Shown one piece after another: positions 1-13,291 of a DNA stretch of 64,000 bases. Made by a program: the position numbers and the translations under genes. The number at the start of each line of letters is the position of its first letter. Position 1 is the first letter of the stretch. The DNA is from Azolla caroliniana (lineage: Eukaryota > Plantae > Polypodiophyta): positions 8,556,001 through 8,620,000 of the forward strand of contig JBHGNT010000016.1 in NCBI GenBank assembly GCA_043228905.1, written 5' to 3'. The notes below the pieces were generated by a model. That model was not told the origin of the DNA and did not search any database. It saw only the letters and a list, made by a program, of their open reading frames with translations.

Positions 1-1244
1 TTTTTCACGTAGTGTACGAAATACACTACGACACCGGTGCTTCCTCACCGCTTCGTCCGGGTTCTTCCTGTTCTCCCTCCGTTCCTGGCTCTGTTCTGTT
101 ACCGGTGTCGCTTTCTCCGGTCTCGACTGGTCGACTCGATATGCCTCCTTCCTCTGCTCTGGTGTCTTCCGGTCTCAGCTCTTCTTCTTCTCCGGCATCG
201 GTCGACTCCTGCTCTTCTTCAAGTTCGTCTTCGGGTATTCCTCGTCGGGGTTGTTCGGTGTCGGTTGGTTCATCTTCAGCCGGTCGCTCTCCCTCACTTA
301 TCGTGATTGGTGTCGTTCTTCCCTTAGCTTCCTGTCGTAACCGGTCCTGCTCGTATCTCTCCAACTCCAACTGAGTTGCGAGCTGCCCGTCATCCAACCT
401 CTCTACCAACCCTCGGATTTCTTTGAGGTGTTCTTCTGCTAAAGTGTAGAAATCCTCCGACAATTCTTCCCGAATGGCGACGATACTTTCTTCATCCATC
501 TTGTAGAACTTGTCACCGGTCTTCCTCCGATTCTCGGCATCCGCTCGGAGTGTCTGCAGCTCGGCTGCCTGTTGTGACCACTACTTCCATAGCTTTTCCA
601 TACTTTCGTTGATGCTTGCCTGAGCTCGGGTACTCCATCCTGACATGATGAGCTTGATTCGGTCAACCCCTGCCTTAGCATGCGCATAAGCTTCCTGCTT
701 TTCCTTCCTTGCCCATTTTATAATGTCGGCCATTATCTGAGCCTGGGCCTCGTAATCTGCTTTCTGCTTTTCATAGGTACTCTGCAGTTTGCTGATCGTG
801 AAGGTCGATTTTTCCTTTTCTTCATTCCTGATCTTGGATCGTGGTCGCCAAAATAGTGTTGTCTGTCTGGCCGGACTAGCCTCAACACAGGTGTCTATCC
901 GACACTTCTCCAAAGGGGTGGTAAGGATTGGATGCTAGGTTACACGCGTAAGATGATTACAATTAAGCACAGACGGTAAACAATACGAGATACAGATAAA
1001 CACGCAATAATTACTATTGTATTACTTCCGTCCCCCCTTTACAAATCATCGGATCCTTTTATAGGCATCCGGCAAAGTTACAATCGGTGCGCTTAGGCAA
1101 CCGACATCCGAATCGGTCCGGATCCGGATCGGTACCACTGTACCAGATCCGTCCCTCCGAATAATAATTCTACTATTATTTACTTCCTATTATCCGATCC
1201 GATTCCGCCTTCCCACTTGTCCTTGCTCTTCTGACCGGCCAACA
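1..1244 (-). mobile_element. LTR retroelement D: 5' LTR 857-1244, PBS TGGCGACCA at 842-850, gag-like acidic/coiled-coil ORF pieces (26-499 and about 581-840); continues beyond the window start
   Basis: Ends TGTTG(857)...CAACA(1244). It interrupts the pol reading frame of element A at 'DPTIVEP'. The PBS core is the same as in element E (tRNA-Arg-like). Confidence 0.7.
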
Positions 1245-4200
1245 ATTGGTTCCACAATCGTCGGGTCCAGGCACCCGATCTCCTCCGATGAGAATGCGAA
1301 GGCCTTCCCTTGCCTCCCGAGCATTCTCCGAAACCAGTCCTCCTCCACCGGTAGTAGGAAGCCACCCCCACCGATCTTGAGCTCCTGTAGCATTTCGTTG
1401 GTGAACTGGTGTCCTATGCCGGCCGGATTTCGTAAACTTGGGTCCGACGCGACCCCCTTCATCTGTTCCTCGCTACCCTTTGGCAAGGGAGCTGCGACTG
1501 GCCTCACCTTTCGGTCCATAGTCATGTACTTCGTACCTACGCAGGCCGTTCGATCTGACTCGACCTTTTCCCCAAAGTTGGCAATGACTTCGTAAATTTC
1601 TACGGACCTAACCGGAATCACCCGGTCTTCACATGGGCCTCCTTTGAAGACCTTCCTTATCTCTTCTAGGGTGTTGTCGAAAGAGACTGCCTCCACGGCG
1701 CTGCTAATCTCTTCGTCGGGGTTGAGAGCTCCGCACGCCCTAAGACACTTCTCTGCTCGCTTCCTTTCTTGGTTGTTGACGCCGGTTATCGTACAACCTC
1801 TGCTATCGGAGAACCAAAACTTCCTACCTATGGCACACGTGTGGGGTTCTTCCGGGGTGTCCGGACTATCGCGGCCCCACGCCTTGATAGCCCTCTCTAA
1901 AACTCCTCTTGGCCATCACTACCGAGAGTCTCACGGGTGCGCTCGTGGTTCGGTCGTACTGTCAAGAATTGGACGGAGTGATGCCCATCTTGGCTTTTCA
2001 CCCGTGTGTACGCCGAACCGTTGTCCAACACCTTGGTTTCCATACGAGCTGCCGTAATGTATGGCTCTCCAAGGATAACTGGGTATGAGGACGTTTCCTG
2101 CACGAAGAAGTGCTGGTCTATTTCGACGTTGCCGATCTTTACGCGCACATTCGGGCACACTCCGTTCAATTCATTCGTAGCGCGTGTAGCCGCGCGTATT
2201 TTCCATCCGTGCTTGGTGTTGATTGGCCATTTCCCCTTTTGTAAAAGTCCATGGACATTAGGTTGATTTTGGATCCATGGTCTATCAATGCTACCACCGG
2301 CTCCTGAACGTTCCCAATCCGGACTGGGGTCTTCGTAGTAGCTCTTGCCCAATGTATCTTCGAGTAGTGGCTCTCCGCCAAAACATCCTCCAAGGCGTCC
2401 TCCTCCAGGTGCGCCGTCCGCACTTCTACAAGCTTCTCCGGTTCCGGCTTCGTCGAGAGCCATTTACGCTTTACTAAGTTCACGATGGAATCGTGGAACT
2501 CCTTTTTCGCGATCCCGAGCACTTCTCTCAACGACAGGTCCACCTTGCTGTCGAGGATCCGCTCTTTGAGGACCTTCTGCAAGTCCGTCGACCTCTCTAT
2601 CTCCGTGCTCAGCCGGTAACCGGCCTGCTGCGTTCTGTCCGGTACATCAGAATTACCAGCATCGTTCCTTTTTGGTCCAAACCGAGTCTCATACCGATTC
2701 GGGGGTCCAGTCCCTCCTGCGTTTCCCACACGCTTGTCCTCTACCAGAACTTCGTAGTTTTGGCATGCCGCTTCCACAAATCCGGTCTTCTCCTCAACCA
2801 GATCGGACCACCCTGTGAATTCCCGGACCCGTTGCTGTGCGTGGTCCACTTCCTCCCTCTTCAATCGTACTCCAAACAGGCCTTCTAGTACTGATGGCCA
2901 GAATCCGGAATCCTTCATCTTTTGGCCTCCGTTGGCTCCGACCTGGATCCTAGCCGACGCCGAATAGTGGACGGCCTCCGCATGGCGCGCCGCAACTTCT
3001 TCCATCAATCACTTCATTCTGCCGCGCCCGATATTCATCTCGAGGGCTCTCCGAGTGTCACTAGCATGCACTCGCCCATTCTACAGGTAAACCACATTAT
3101 TTCTGAGCGCTTCCATAAACTTTGCGCAGTCTCTCCTACTGTGTCCGACCTTGTCGCACCACATGTACCGCTGTTCGGCCGTAGGCCTCCGGTCGCGCGA
3201 CTGTTCTTTGTTGTCTCTCTGGGCCTGTGCGATCTGAAGATCACGCGCGATCTGTGTCAACTCTTCTAGAGCCGCTCCTCCGAATGGGCCCTTGACCACG
3301 CCGGTTGGGGCCAAGGCCATCTCAAGCCAACTTCGGGTCTCCTCCTTTTGCGGATCGTATGGCTCGTAGATTGGCTCCTCAAGCTTCCTTGCCACGACTG
3401 GTCCCACCGTCGATGAACCCTCGTCGCTCTACTCGCGCCGTTTGTCCAAACGGCCGCAGACTCTCTTTACCATGGCCTAGTTGGCCATCAGCCCATCATC
3501 TGTCTCCAATAGGAGACCCACTTGCTCCTGATCTCGCACGTTCACCGCTTTGACGAACAACAGGACACGACTTGTGTCAAGCACGGTCCTGTCCAATGCC
3601 GAGAGCCGGGCAAAGCGTTCCTCAAACTCCTGGAGGAGCACCGACGCGTTCCTCCCCTTTCCGGGGGTCTCCACCCATTCCATGAAGTCCCACTTTGACA
3701 GTCGAAGTGAGTCATCGAGCCTGTACTTTTCGAGGAGCTGCCCTTCGAACTCTCCCCAGGTCTGGCAGCCAACCTGTACCTCGAGCACCTCTACGTGAAT
3801 GCCCGGTGTCACCACCCGAGGGAATCCATCCAGTCTTTTGTCCTTTGGGACATCCCTCATCATCATCTCAGCCTGGTAGACCTCCAAATAGCTCGTAGTG
3901 TTCTCCCCTCTGAACCGGCCTATTGTGCCGACAATCGATTCGATGGCCTGTCAAGGGCACTTGTGCCTTCACGAGCGTTCACCAGCTGGTCGACGGCTAC
4001 CGCCATGGCTTCGGTGAGTTTAGATCCCCTCATCTTCAACTCCTTTGCCACCTTGATTCACATCAGGTTCACCAAATTATGTCGTGTTGTTACATGTGCG
4101 CGTAGGAAACCAAGGCGGGACCGCGGGGGCCCTGAATCGAGGAGTGAGCAAAAGTAGAGGGAGAAGAGAAGGGAAGAGATGGAATGACAAGAACCGGGGC

Positions 4201-4405
4201 CGGCAAGGAAAGCGCTCGCCGGGGCAGGCGAGAACACAACTACACGCGAAAGGTAGGAAGAGAAGCGCACTCGTTCGGTTACGAAGGACAAGAGTAGATT
4301 ACAGAAGGTCACAACTAGCCCGGGAGAATGCAACTCAAGAACCGATTATTACTAGTTAGTGATTACAACTTTGCTGAGATTACAACCGGCGTGCCGGTGA
4401 CCAAC

Positions 4406-4448
<43 letters not shown>

Positions 4449-4861
4449 GGATACACAGTGGAGCCCTGTCGGAAGCATATGGGCTTCCCACGCAAGCAGA
4501 GGCAACCAGCCAAGAAGCTTGCAGAGATTACAATAGAGATGAAACAGTGCTCAGTTCCCAGTCCGACAACACTTCATCCTCCTCAAAAAAAATGTGATCC
4601 CCTCATAGTCTCTCTTCTCCCCTTTTTATAGGCCGCTGAGGGTGGTCTGTTACATCCTAGTTACATCACCTTTTATTCTCTGTCCCTTCGGATAGAGATA
4701 CGCCTTTATTTGCTAGTCCTATTAATATGTTTATATTTACATCACGCCAACCTATTCTTAAATAAGCTACATTAACTTAAATTGGTGTGTATTCGTGTAC
4801 GACCGACCCGTTCACACGCTAGGACTCCCATTTCCTCCTATCGCCGGTTTTCTCCACGACA
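1245..4861 (-). mobile_element. Ty3/gypsy-like element A (tRNA-Trp primed): 5' LTR 4080-4861, degenerate gag, protease and start of RT
   Basis: LTR TGTCGTGGAGAAAACCGG...CACGACA on the minus strand. PBS TGGTGAACCTGATGTGAATC at 4055-4074. Gag knuckle CDKVGHSRRDC, protease ALIDHGSKINL and pre-RT AFAFSSEEIG occur in frameshifted ORFs. Confidence 0.85.
4410..4445. repeat. (CA)n microsatellite inside the LTR of element A
   Basis: Uninterrupted CA run. Confidence 0.95.
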
Positions 4862-5256
4862 TCGTCTTTCCTTCCTTCGATCATGTGCTACGTACTGGCA
4901 CTACTGTAGCGGATAACCGGAATTTGTCGTCGGCGTTTCGAACACACAATTACAAAGAGGCGGATGGGCTTAGTGGATGTGCTAAACCACATGCTCTGAT
5001 ACCATGTTAAGAATTAGGTAATTAAGCAAGGGATAATTAGTACCTAATTATGTGATTAAGTTAAGTGGAAGATTAAGTGATATGTGTGTGTATGTGTGTG
5101 AGAGGAAGAGAGAGAGAAGTACACTTATGAGCAACACAAGATGGGGGATGATGAACTCTATATTAAATTAGCATCATCATCATCAAATACAAACACACCC
5201 ACAATGAGGTATATTTACAATTCATGTGCAATGGTGCACATGTGTGAGTAGAAACA
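4862..5256 (-). mobile_element. 5' end of Met-primed LTR element C (LTR about 5005-5256, PBS 4993-5004)
   Basis: GCTCTGATACCA (reverse complement of the tRNAiMet PBS) abuts a TGTT...AACA segment. Integrase C-terminal coding of element B resumes at 5257. Confidence 0.65.
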
Positions 5257-8200
5257 ACGGCACGTACCACTTAGCGGAACTCGACGGGACACGGTTAGCG
5301 GTACCGGTGGCCGGGAAACAGATCAAAGCGTTCAAGAAGCGGTTCGAGGACGAGTGTTGTAGGTTTTAGGGTTAGGGTTAAGGACGATGATGATGATGAA
5401 TGATAACTATGATGATTGGTAATGAAGATAGACATGGTGATGGAGAGTATGATGGTGAGAGAGATCATATAGAGAAGCATTGCGGGGTGGGGGGTGGTGC
5501 CTAGAACGGCCCCACCCCCCTCCCAAGGGGGTTCAACGTGAGAGAGGGAGAGAGAAGAGAAAAGGTGTCAAAGAGAGAGAGATTAGAGAGAAAATGTTCA
5601 TTCATATTTCATTCATTCCCCATAAGGGGTTAAATAGCACAAGAGGGGGTAGATACATAGGGGTGTAAGCCCCCTCGAGCATTCATATTGGACACTCACT
5701 CACACCTCCTCGTATCCATCCACATGCACACACGTGTGCATGTGTTCACCTACGTATAGACTCACAATTACATTTATGTCCCCTACACATACACACCAAC
5801 ATCATGATAACATTCGACCCTCGCTCATCACACTGACTCTCCGTACATCTCGTACGGGGTAACACAATATGGCACGCCCGTGGGAGAGTGCCTTGCACGT
5901 CGATCCCACATGCCTTGATGATGATATTTCTTCGACCGGAACTTCCATCGGTCCTTTCAACGATTGACTCCCTCGATCGGAGTGCTTGACTCGACCATCT
6001 TTGTTGGTCAGCAAATCTTCCGCGACACGAACATTCTCGTTCTGTCGACTTACGAACTTCGTCATGGGTCCAAAAATGTTGTGTGTATGTGTATCTTCCT
6101 TTTGTTGATTTTGTGAGTTGTCGTGGTCGATCACGTCCATTTCTTTAGGTGGATGAGTTTTTAAATTTAAGTATTGAAGCCTGAAATTTTCTAAACCAAT
6201 GACAATGCCCTTGGATTTTGAAAATTGTATCATGTACCCTCATGTTTTTATAATTCCAACAATGCCCTTAAGTTTTTCTTTTTTCGAAAGTAGTTTCGAA
6301 ATTCCTATGGTTCTCTCTTCTTCTTCTTTTTTTTTCCTGTCTCTGATATCATTCTTTGCTTCCTCTTCTCTGTTTTCTTCTTTCCCACTGCCAGGTTTAC
6401 TTTTTCTTTCTTCTTGTCCGTTTCTATTCTTCTTTCTTTTTCCCTCGTTTTCCTTTCTGTCCACGTTGTTTCATTTGCTTCTTCATCTTACCTATCTTCT
6501 GTTTATCCTCTATTTCTTCTTCTTCATCAGTGTATTTTCTTGCGGTTTCGTCCTCTTCTTTTTCCTTCTTCCTTGCTTTTGTCTTCGATTCCATCTCTCT
6601 TTCTTCTTAGTTTCTGTTGCTCTTCTTGTTGTTGCTCTCCTTCTCCGTGCAGGTCATCCATCTTTGTCACCGTTTCGGCTATCATCCAGTTGTCGGTGTC
6701 CTGCACTGTCGCCATCTGGACGTCGTCGTTGTCGTCCCATTTGCGTATGCGTCTGCATCTCTATCTCTGTCTCCGGCCGTCATTGTCTCTGTCCGTCACT
6801 GTCGTCCGTCAGTTCGTCCTCGTCCATCACTGTCTGTCTGTGTCTTCGACTCTGTCCCGTCCATCTATCTGATCCGGTCGTTATTGTCTTTCTGGCCCTC
6901 CGGCCACTATTCCGTTGTCCGGCCCGTCGTTTCAACGTCAACGCCGTTTCGGCCGTCGGCTGTCCGACAATTCCTGTCACTTTTCGGCATGGTGTCGTCG
7001 TTCCGGTTGCTGTCTAGTCGCTTCTAGGGCCATTCCAGTTGTCTGTCTGGTCGTTGATTTTTGCCGCTGGTAGTTGTCTGTGTTCGACCCTATCTTTCCG
7101 GTCCTCCGTTCATTTGTCTAGCCCATCCGGTCCGTCCGCCTCCGGTTTCTCACCGTTCGGCCACTCTGACCGTTATGTGTCTTTGCACATTCCGGAAATT
7201 GATCCAGCCCCTATCCGGCGGCTGCCGCTCTGTCGCTGCCACTGTACGACTGCTGCTCCATCCGGCGGCTGTCGCTGTCTCGAACCGACTAGGCCGCTAT
7301 TGGTCAGCCACCACTCTAGTTGTTGCTATGTGGCCACCGCCGTCCTATCGTTGTCCCGGCTCCGTCACCGTTTCAACTGTTTGGCCCATTCCGGTCGTCG
7401 TTTGGCGGTTCTCTGTCCAGCCCGTCTAGCCACTGTTCGGCTATTCCAACTGCTTCGGCCGCTCCTCGGCCACTATTTGGCCCACCCGTCCGTCGTTCCA
7501 ACTCCAGCCGCCTCCGTTCGGCCACTACGATCGCTCTTAGGTCACTCTCCGGCCTCTCCTCCGTCTCTGTCGGTGTCCGGTCGTCGTCCTCCTCTTTCGA
7601 CTGTGCGTTCGGTCCGTCGTCCCAGCCGTCTCGTCCACTATTCGACAATCGGTGTGGCCGCGCCGTTCCGGTCTCACCGGCCTTTTCCATCATTGTCTCG
7701 GCTGCTGTCCGACTGCCTTTGTTGCGGACTCCATCATCGTCTCTGTCGGTTTCTGTCCATTTGAGTCCGCCTTTGTGTATCCGGCTCCATTGCCATCTCT
7801 GTACGGCCATAGTCCGGTGTTATTGCTTTTTTTTGCCGCCGCCGCCGCCGCTTGTTGTACGGCCTCCTTCGTTTTTCCTGACGTGTTCGTCCGGCCATCG
7901 TTCATCCGACCGCCTCTATTCCGCTTCGAATGTTGTCCGGCCCTCGCTTTTCCGCTACTCTGGCCGAATCTCTCATCTTTGTTAGTTGTCTTGTTTCCCT
8001 AGTGTCTCCATCGCCATTGTCCAGCGTCGTCATTGTCTGGCCCGTCCGGTCCGGCCGCCTCCGTTTCGGCACCGTTCGGCCACTCCGACCGCTCTCCAGC
8101 CACTTTGGCCATTTCTGTGCATTTCGGCCGCTCCTCGGATGTCTGTCTGTTGTCTTCCGACTGTGCGTCTAGTCCGTTTTCCCGGTCATCTGTCCGGTTC

Positions 8201-10180
8201 TCCGGCCACTCTAGCCACTGTCTGGCTATTCCGGCCAGTTTTCGGCCCTACTGGCCGCTCTTTCCGCTGCCTGGCTCGTCTGGCCATGTCTGTGCGGTCA
8301 ATCTCCAGATGTCTCTATCGCCGGCCTTGTCGGCCCTGTTCAGCCAGTTTGCAGTCGGTCGTCTGTTTTGGCTGAGGTTCGCCCGTCACCGTCCGATCGT
8401 CGTCCGGTTGCTCTTCAGTAGTTGTCCGGCCATTCCGACCGCTCTCCAGCCACTTCGGCCGCTCCGGTTGCTCCTGTCCGGTCACTCTCCGGCCTATCCG
8501 ACTGCTCGAAGTGTTGTCCGGCCGTCTCCATCTTCGTTGTTGTTCGGCACAAACGACTATGTCTTTCCGGCTGTCCGGTTGTTGTCGTCCCGCACATCTT
8601 CGGTCCGGCCATCGTTGTTGTCGATCTCTGTCATTCCAGTTATCGCTATGATTGTTTCTTCTTTTTTTTTGTTAACATGGCCATTTCCAACGCATTGTGG
8701 TCGCCATTTCTTGCACATTACCGATTCGATTTGCTACTCATCATAAATTCGATTTCTCGCACATCATCGTCACCATTATCACACATTTCGTCGTTGTTGT
8801 CTCTGCCACGTATTAATCTTCGACTTCGTCTCCAAAGGGGGGTCGCCTTAGTGGTCGCCAAAAGGTGTTGTAGGTTTTAGGGTTAGGGTTAAGGACGATG
8901 ATGATGATGAATGATAACTATGATGATTGGTAATGAAGATAGACATGGTGATGGAGAGTATGATGGTGAGAGAGATCATATAGAGAAGCATTGCGGGGTG
9001 GGGGGTGGTGCCTAGAACGGCCCCACCCCCCTCCCAAGGGGGTTCAACGTGAGAGAGGGAGAGAGAAGAGAAAAGGTGTCAAAGAGAGAGAGATTAGAGA
9101 GAAAATGTTCATTCATATTTCATTCATTCCCCATAAGGGGTTAAATAGTACAAGAGGGGGTAGATACATAGGGGTGTATGCCCCCTCGAGCATTCATATT
9201 GGACACTCACTCACACCTCATCGTTTCCATCCACATGCACACACGTGTGCATGTGTTCACATACGTATAGACTCACAATTACATTTATGTCCCCTACACA
9301 TACACAACAACATCATGATAACATTCGACCCTCGCTCATCACACTGACTCTCCGTACATCTCGTACGGGGTAACAACGAGCTGGGGCCGGCGAGCGAGAG
9401 CAACGACGACGATCAGTTCGGGCCCGGCGGTGAATCGGAGAGCGACGAGTGAAGCCGGTTTTCTTCGGTGTCTACCCATCTCTGGCGCATGCCGGTGGAT
9501 GCGCGGATTGGTGGGGGTGGATGTCGTGAAGAAAACCGGCCATGGGCGGAATCGGAGAAAGAGGCGCATGAACCGGCTCTTACACGGATGGACGTGAGAA
9601 TTGATATTTGGGTCGGCTGATGTAAATACTAGGTAGTATACATTTAATAGGGGATTGTGCGTATCTCTGTCGAAAGGGACAGGGAATAAAGCGGTTTGAC
9701 TAGGAAGAAAAGGGGCACCCCCTTTCGGGGGGGGGAACTATTAAAGGGGGGATAGAAGGAAGAATCAGGATCGCGCGTTGGTGAGGACGAAGTGCTGATG
9801 TAGAACCGAGTGCCAAGCTCTCTCTCCTCCGATCGTCGTTCTCTGTGGGTGTCGGGAGTTCGCTGCCTCTGCGTCGTGGACAGCCTGTGTGCTTCCAACA
9901 GAGTCTCTCTCTCTCTCTCTCCCCTTCCCCTTTTGTTTCTTCGAGTCGGGTGGCTGTTGTCGGTGTGCGTGAGTAGGACCCCGTGTCAGGTCCATTACCG
10001 GGTTGCCGGTTGTAACTGTTCGTGTTGTAAACTATTGATTATAGTAATTGGATTCCTGTTTTCTTGCTCTTAATCTCTTTCTGTGTACTTGCTACTCTCT
10101 CTCTCTCTCTCACTCTTTCCTTGGTCCAAGGCCCCCGTGGCCCGGCCTCTTCCTACACGCGAACGCGAAACTTCGCGACA
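5257..10180 (+). mobile_element. 3' end of Trp-group gypsy element B: integrase C-terminus split by element E, PPT, 3' LTR 9522-10180
   Basis: 5256-5354 joined to 9381-9452 reads NGTYHLAELDGTRLAVPVAGKQIKAFKKRFEDE|LGPASES...*. GGTGGGGGTGGA precedes TGTCGTGAAGAAAACCGG...CGCGACA. Confidence 0.8.
5355..9375 (-). mobile_element. Intact non-autonomous LTR element E (LTRs 5355-5864 and 8866-9375, TSD ACGAG)
   Basis: 510-bp near-identical LTRs with TG...CA ends. ACGAG flanks both sides. PBS TGGCGACCAC at 8851-8860. No gag/pol motifs in the 3-kb interior. Confidence 0.92.
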
Positions 10181-13100
10181 ACGTGAGCAAAGGCGTACTC
10201 GACGCAATTCATTCCGATATGTTGGGAATCAAGAACCATCGTGCCTTTTATTACTGCACGAGTGTGAACACACTTGTAGCACACTTTTGACTTGTATATA
10301 CATAATATCTAAAAACCAAAAAAGAGGCACACTCTTTGTACCCAAGACAATGGTGCGGACGCCATGAGCTTTGGCCATCATTTGCTCGAACTCGGCAGTC
10401 GGCAGCAGATGGTCATATATAATGGTTTAGCCAAGTGGCTAGGTTTGGAAGAGCTCACATGTTTCCCACATGGAGGAGGGGAAAGCACAATCGATTATCT
10501 AATAGGACGCCCTGAAGCTACCCACATGATTAACTCCTTCCGAGTGGCCCCATGTCCTATTGGCGTGGACCATAGTTTCTTATACTTCGAGCTAAAATGC
10601 GATATCTCTAACGTCACCAACTCTAGTCAACCACGCCATGACATCACAATTCATTTCACACATGAGCTCTCTGACATATATGCTCGACATGTTCAAGCCC
10701 ATCTCTCCTCCCTTGATCCCTCCCTACCTTTAGAGAGCCTTAGTACGAAACTCACACACATCCTCCACTCTGCAGCAGTTAGCAGTTTCCCATACACGAA
10801 ACACTCCAATCAAGGTAAAGTAGGATCTATGCCACAAAATAGATGGTATGATGAGGATTGTAGGTGCTTACATAGACAACTTACAATATCGTACCTCAGT
10901 GCTAGTATTACCTCAGTACAAGCTTGTAAAGAAATGCGCAAGATGACACGTCGTAAGAGACGAGCATGGGAAGCATCCCAATATTGGGAACTCTACCATA
11001 TGCTCATGAGTAGCGATTGTGCCACTGCATGGAAGAGATTACGGGAACCAAGACCACAAACACCCATCGAAGATCTCGAAACTTGGCACACTTATACAGA
11101 GAGACTTTACCAAATCCCAAACCAACCACCCATTCCAATGCCTTCTACACCCTGACCTACTGTGGGGACACTCTTCACAACCTCTAGGGTCACGAAGGTC
11201 ATAAAGAAATTACAACATAGGAAGTCCATGGACCACACAGGATTGCGAGCAGAACACATCATATATGCGAGAGAGTGCCTAGCTCCCTTGCTAACTCTAA
11301 TCTTCAATCGTGCCCTTGCAGAGGGTTTTCCACCACAATGGACGATGAAACAGTGGCCCCCATACATAAAGGGGGGGACCCCATGGACCCAAATACTTAT
11401 AGGACCATTATGATAGGTCATACCCTTGCTAAATTATATGGTGCAGTAATGGAGGTAGAGCTTAGCGAGTATATGGAGACCTTAAATCTTCGTGCACCTA
11501 AACAGGCTAGCTTTAGACGAGCCTTCTCCACTATTGATCATATCTTCACACTTAGATGCTTAATTGACCAGACTAAGGCTCGCAAGAAGAAACTATATTG
11601 TTGTTTTGTGGACCTCCGCAAAGCCTTTGACACGGTCCCTAGAGAGCGGTTGTTTGATAGGCTTAAGAGCTTGAGGATACCAGATGACATGGTTTGGGCC
11701 ATCTACGCACTATATGAACAAGTGTCCGGGTGTGTTCGATGCCTAGGCGGCATATCCGATAGTTTCACTAGCACTATTGGTGTAAAACAAGGTTGCCCCT
11801 TATCTCCGACTCTTTTTGGGATCTACAATGATGAGATCACAGATTTTATTGCTCGTAAGGGCGGCAATGGAGTAGTCCTTGGGGATACGCAGGTGCGTAT
11901 CTTGCTCTATGCAGACGACATAGTTTTGCTCTCTTAATCCGAACACGACCTACAAAGGCACCTTAATGCCTTAGATGACTTTTGCACACAACGAGGATTG
12001 GTAGTGAATCTAGGGAAAAATAAAGTCCTTATCTTCCACACGTCGGCCCAAGTTAGAGCTAAGTGTCACCTAACTATCTCCCATAGCCCAGTTGAGGTGG
12101 TTGGATCATATGTCTATCTTGGAGTCACTTTCAGTGCCCGCTCAGGTAAATTTTCGATGACACAAGCAACAAAGGATAGACTTACAAGAGGACATGCATC
12201 CCTCTCACTCCTCGAGAGACAATGCCACCAAGCATACTTCCAAGAGCCACGAACTAAAGGGTGGCTCTTTGGCTCATTAGTGACTCCCTCTCTCATGTAT
12301 GCATCAACGGTTTGGGCTCCAGGACTACCATCTTTCATGTGGATGCAATTAGAGAGACCATTGGTGATGATGTTATCACGCCAACTCCGAAGCAAATCGT
12401 CGGTCCCACATGACATTATTAGGGCTGAGTTCACTCTACCCCCTATGTTAGTAGAAGCACTTTTTCAACTTGTAGTCTTTATCCACAGGATACATAACCA
12501 ACCACTTGATAGAATATCCCACCAAGCCTTTAAGGCTTCTCGAGCACTGTATGAGTCCGGCTATACTAGCTCATGGTATGGCATGGTGGTGAGTTGGCTT
12601 CTTGCCAACGGTCTAGACATTAATAACCTCCCCCCCCTTAAGTACGACCACACGACTGATAACACTTTAATCTCTCATGAGGACCGTAATAAAGTAATAC
12701 GCCAAGAAATATGGCAAATTTATACTCGGTATAAATGGATCACCCCACTAGAGCCACTCCCATCTAAAATGTCGTACTATAAGGAACACTTTATGCACTT
12801 CTCTAAGTTAGGTTTTATCACACGCCCAAAATATCTAGATGTATTCTTACCACATGCACTAAGGGTTGCCATCGGTCAACTTAGAATATCATCTCACCAA
12901 CTTGAGATTGAGAATGGACATACTAATGGAGTCCCTAGGGAGCAAAGGATATGTAGGTTATGCCACATAGAGATAGAGGATGAGTACCATTTTACATGCA
13001 AATGCCCCACCTATGCCAAGATAAGGGCAAAATACCAAGACATACTTGGTTCCTCTCCCACCCTCCCTAAACTATTAGATACACTAGATATAAAGAAATT

Positions 13101-13291
13101 AGGTAGATACATCTTAGAATTGAAAGAACACAGAGAGAATAAGTTACAAAACATTGATAATAATGTTGCTAATGTTTACCAACATGTAACAAATGAAGTT
13201 TTTCAGGAACAGGGGGAGACAATGAATGTCGACACACCTGCACCACTCGGGCTTTTCCTTGATGAAGTAGAAAATCAAAGAAGAACCAAAC

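Noticed and set aside
6199-8880. Many long overlapping ORFs (up to 272 aa) inside element E
   Set aside because: Low-complexity, stop-poor sequence open in several frames with no domain motifs; not credible genes.
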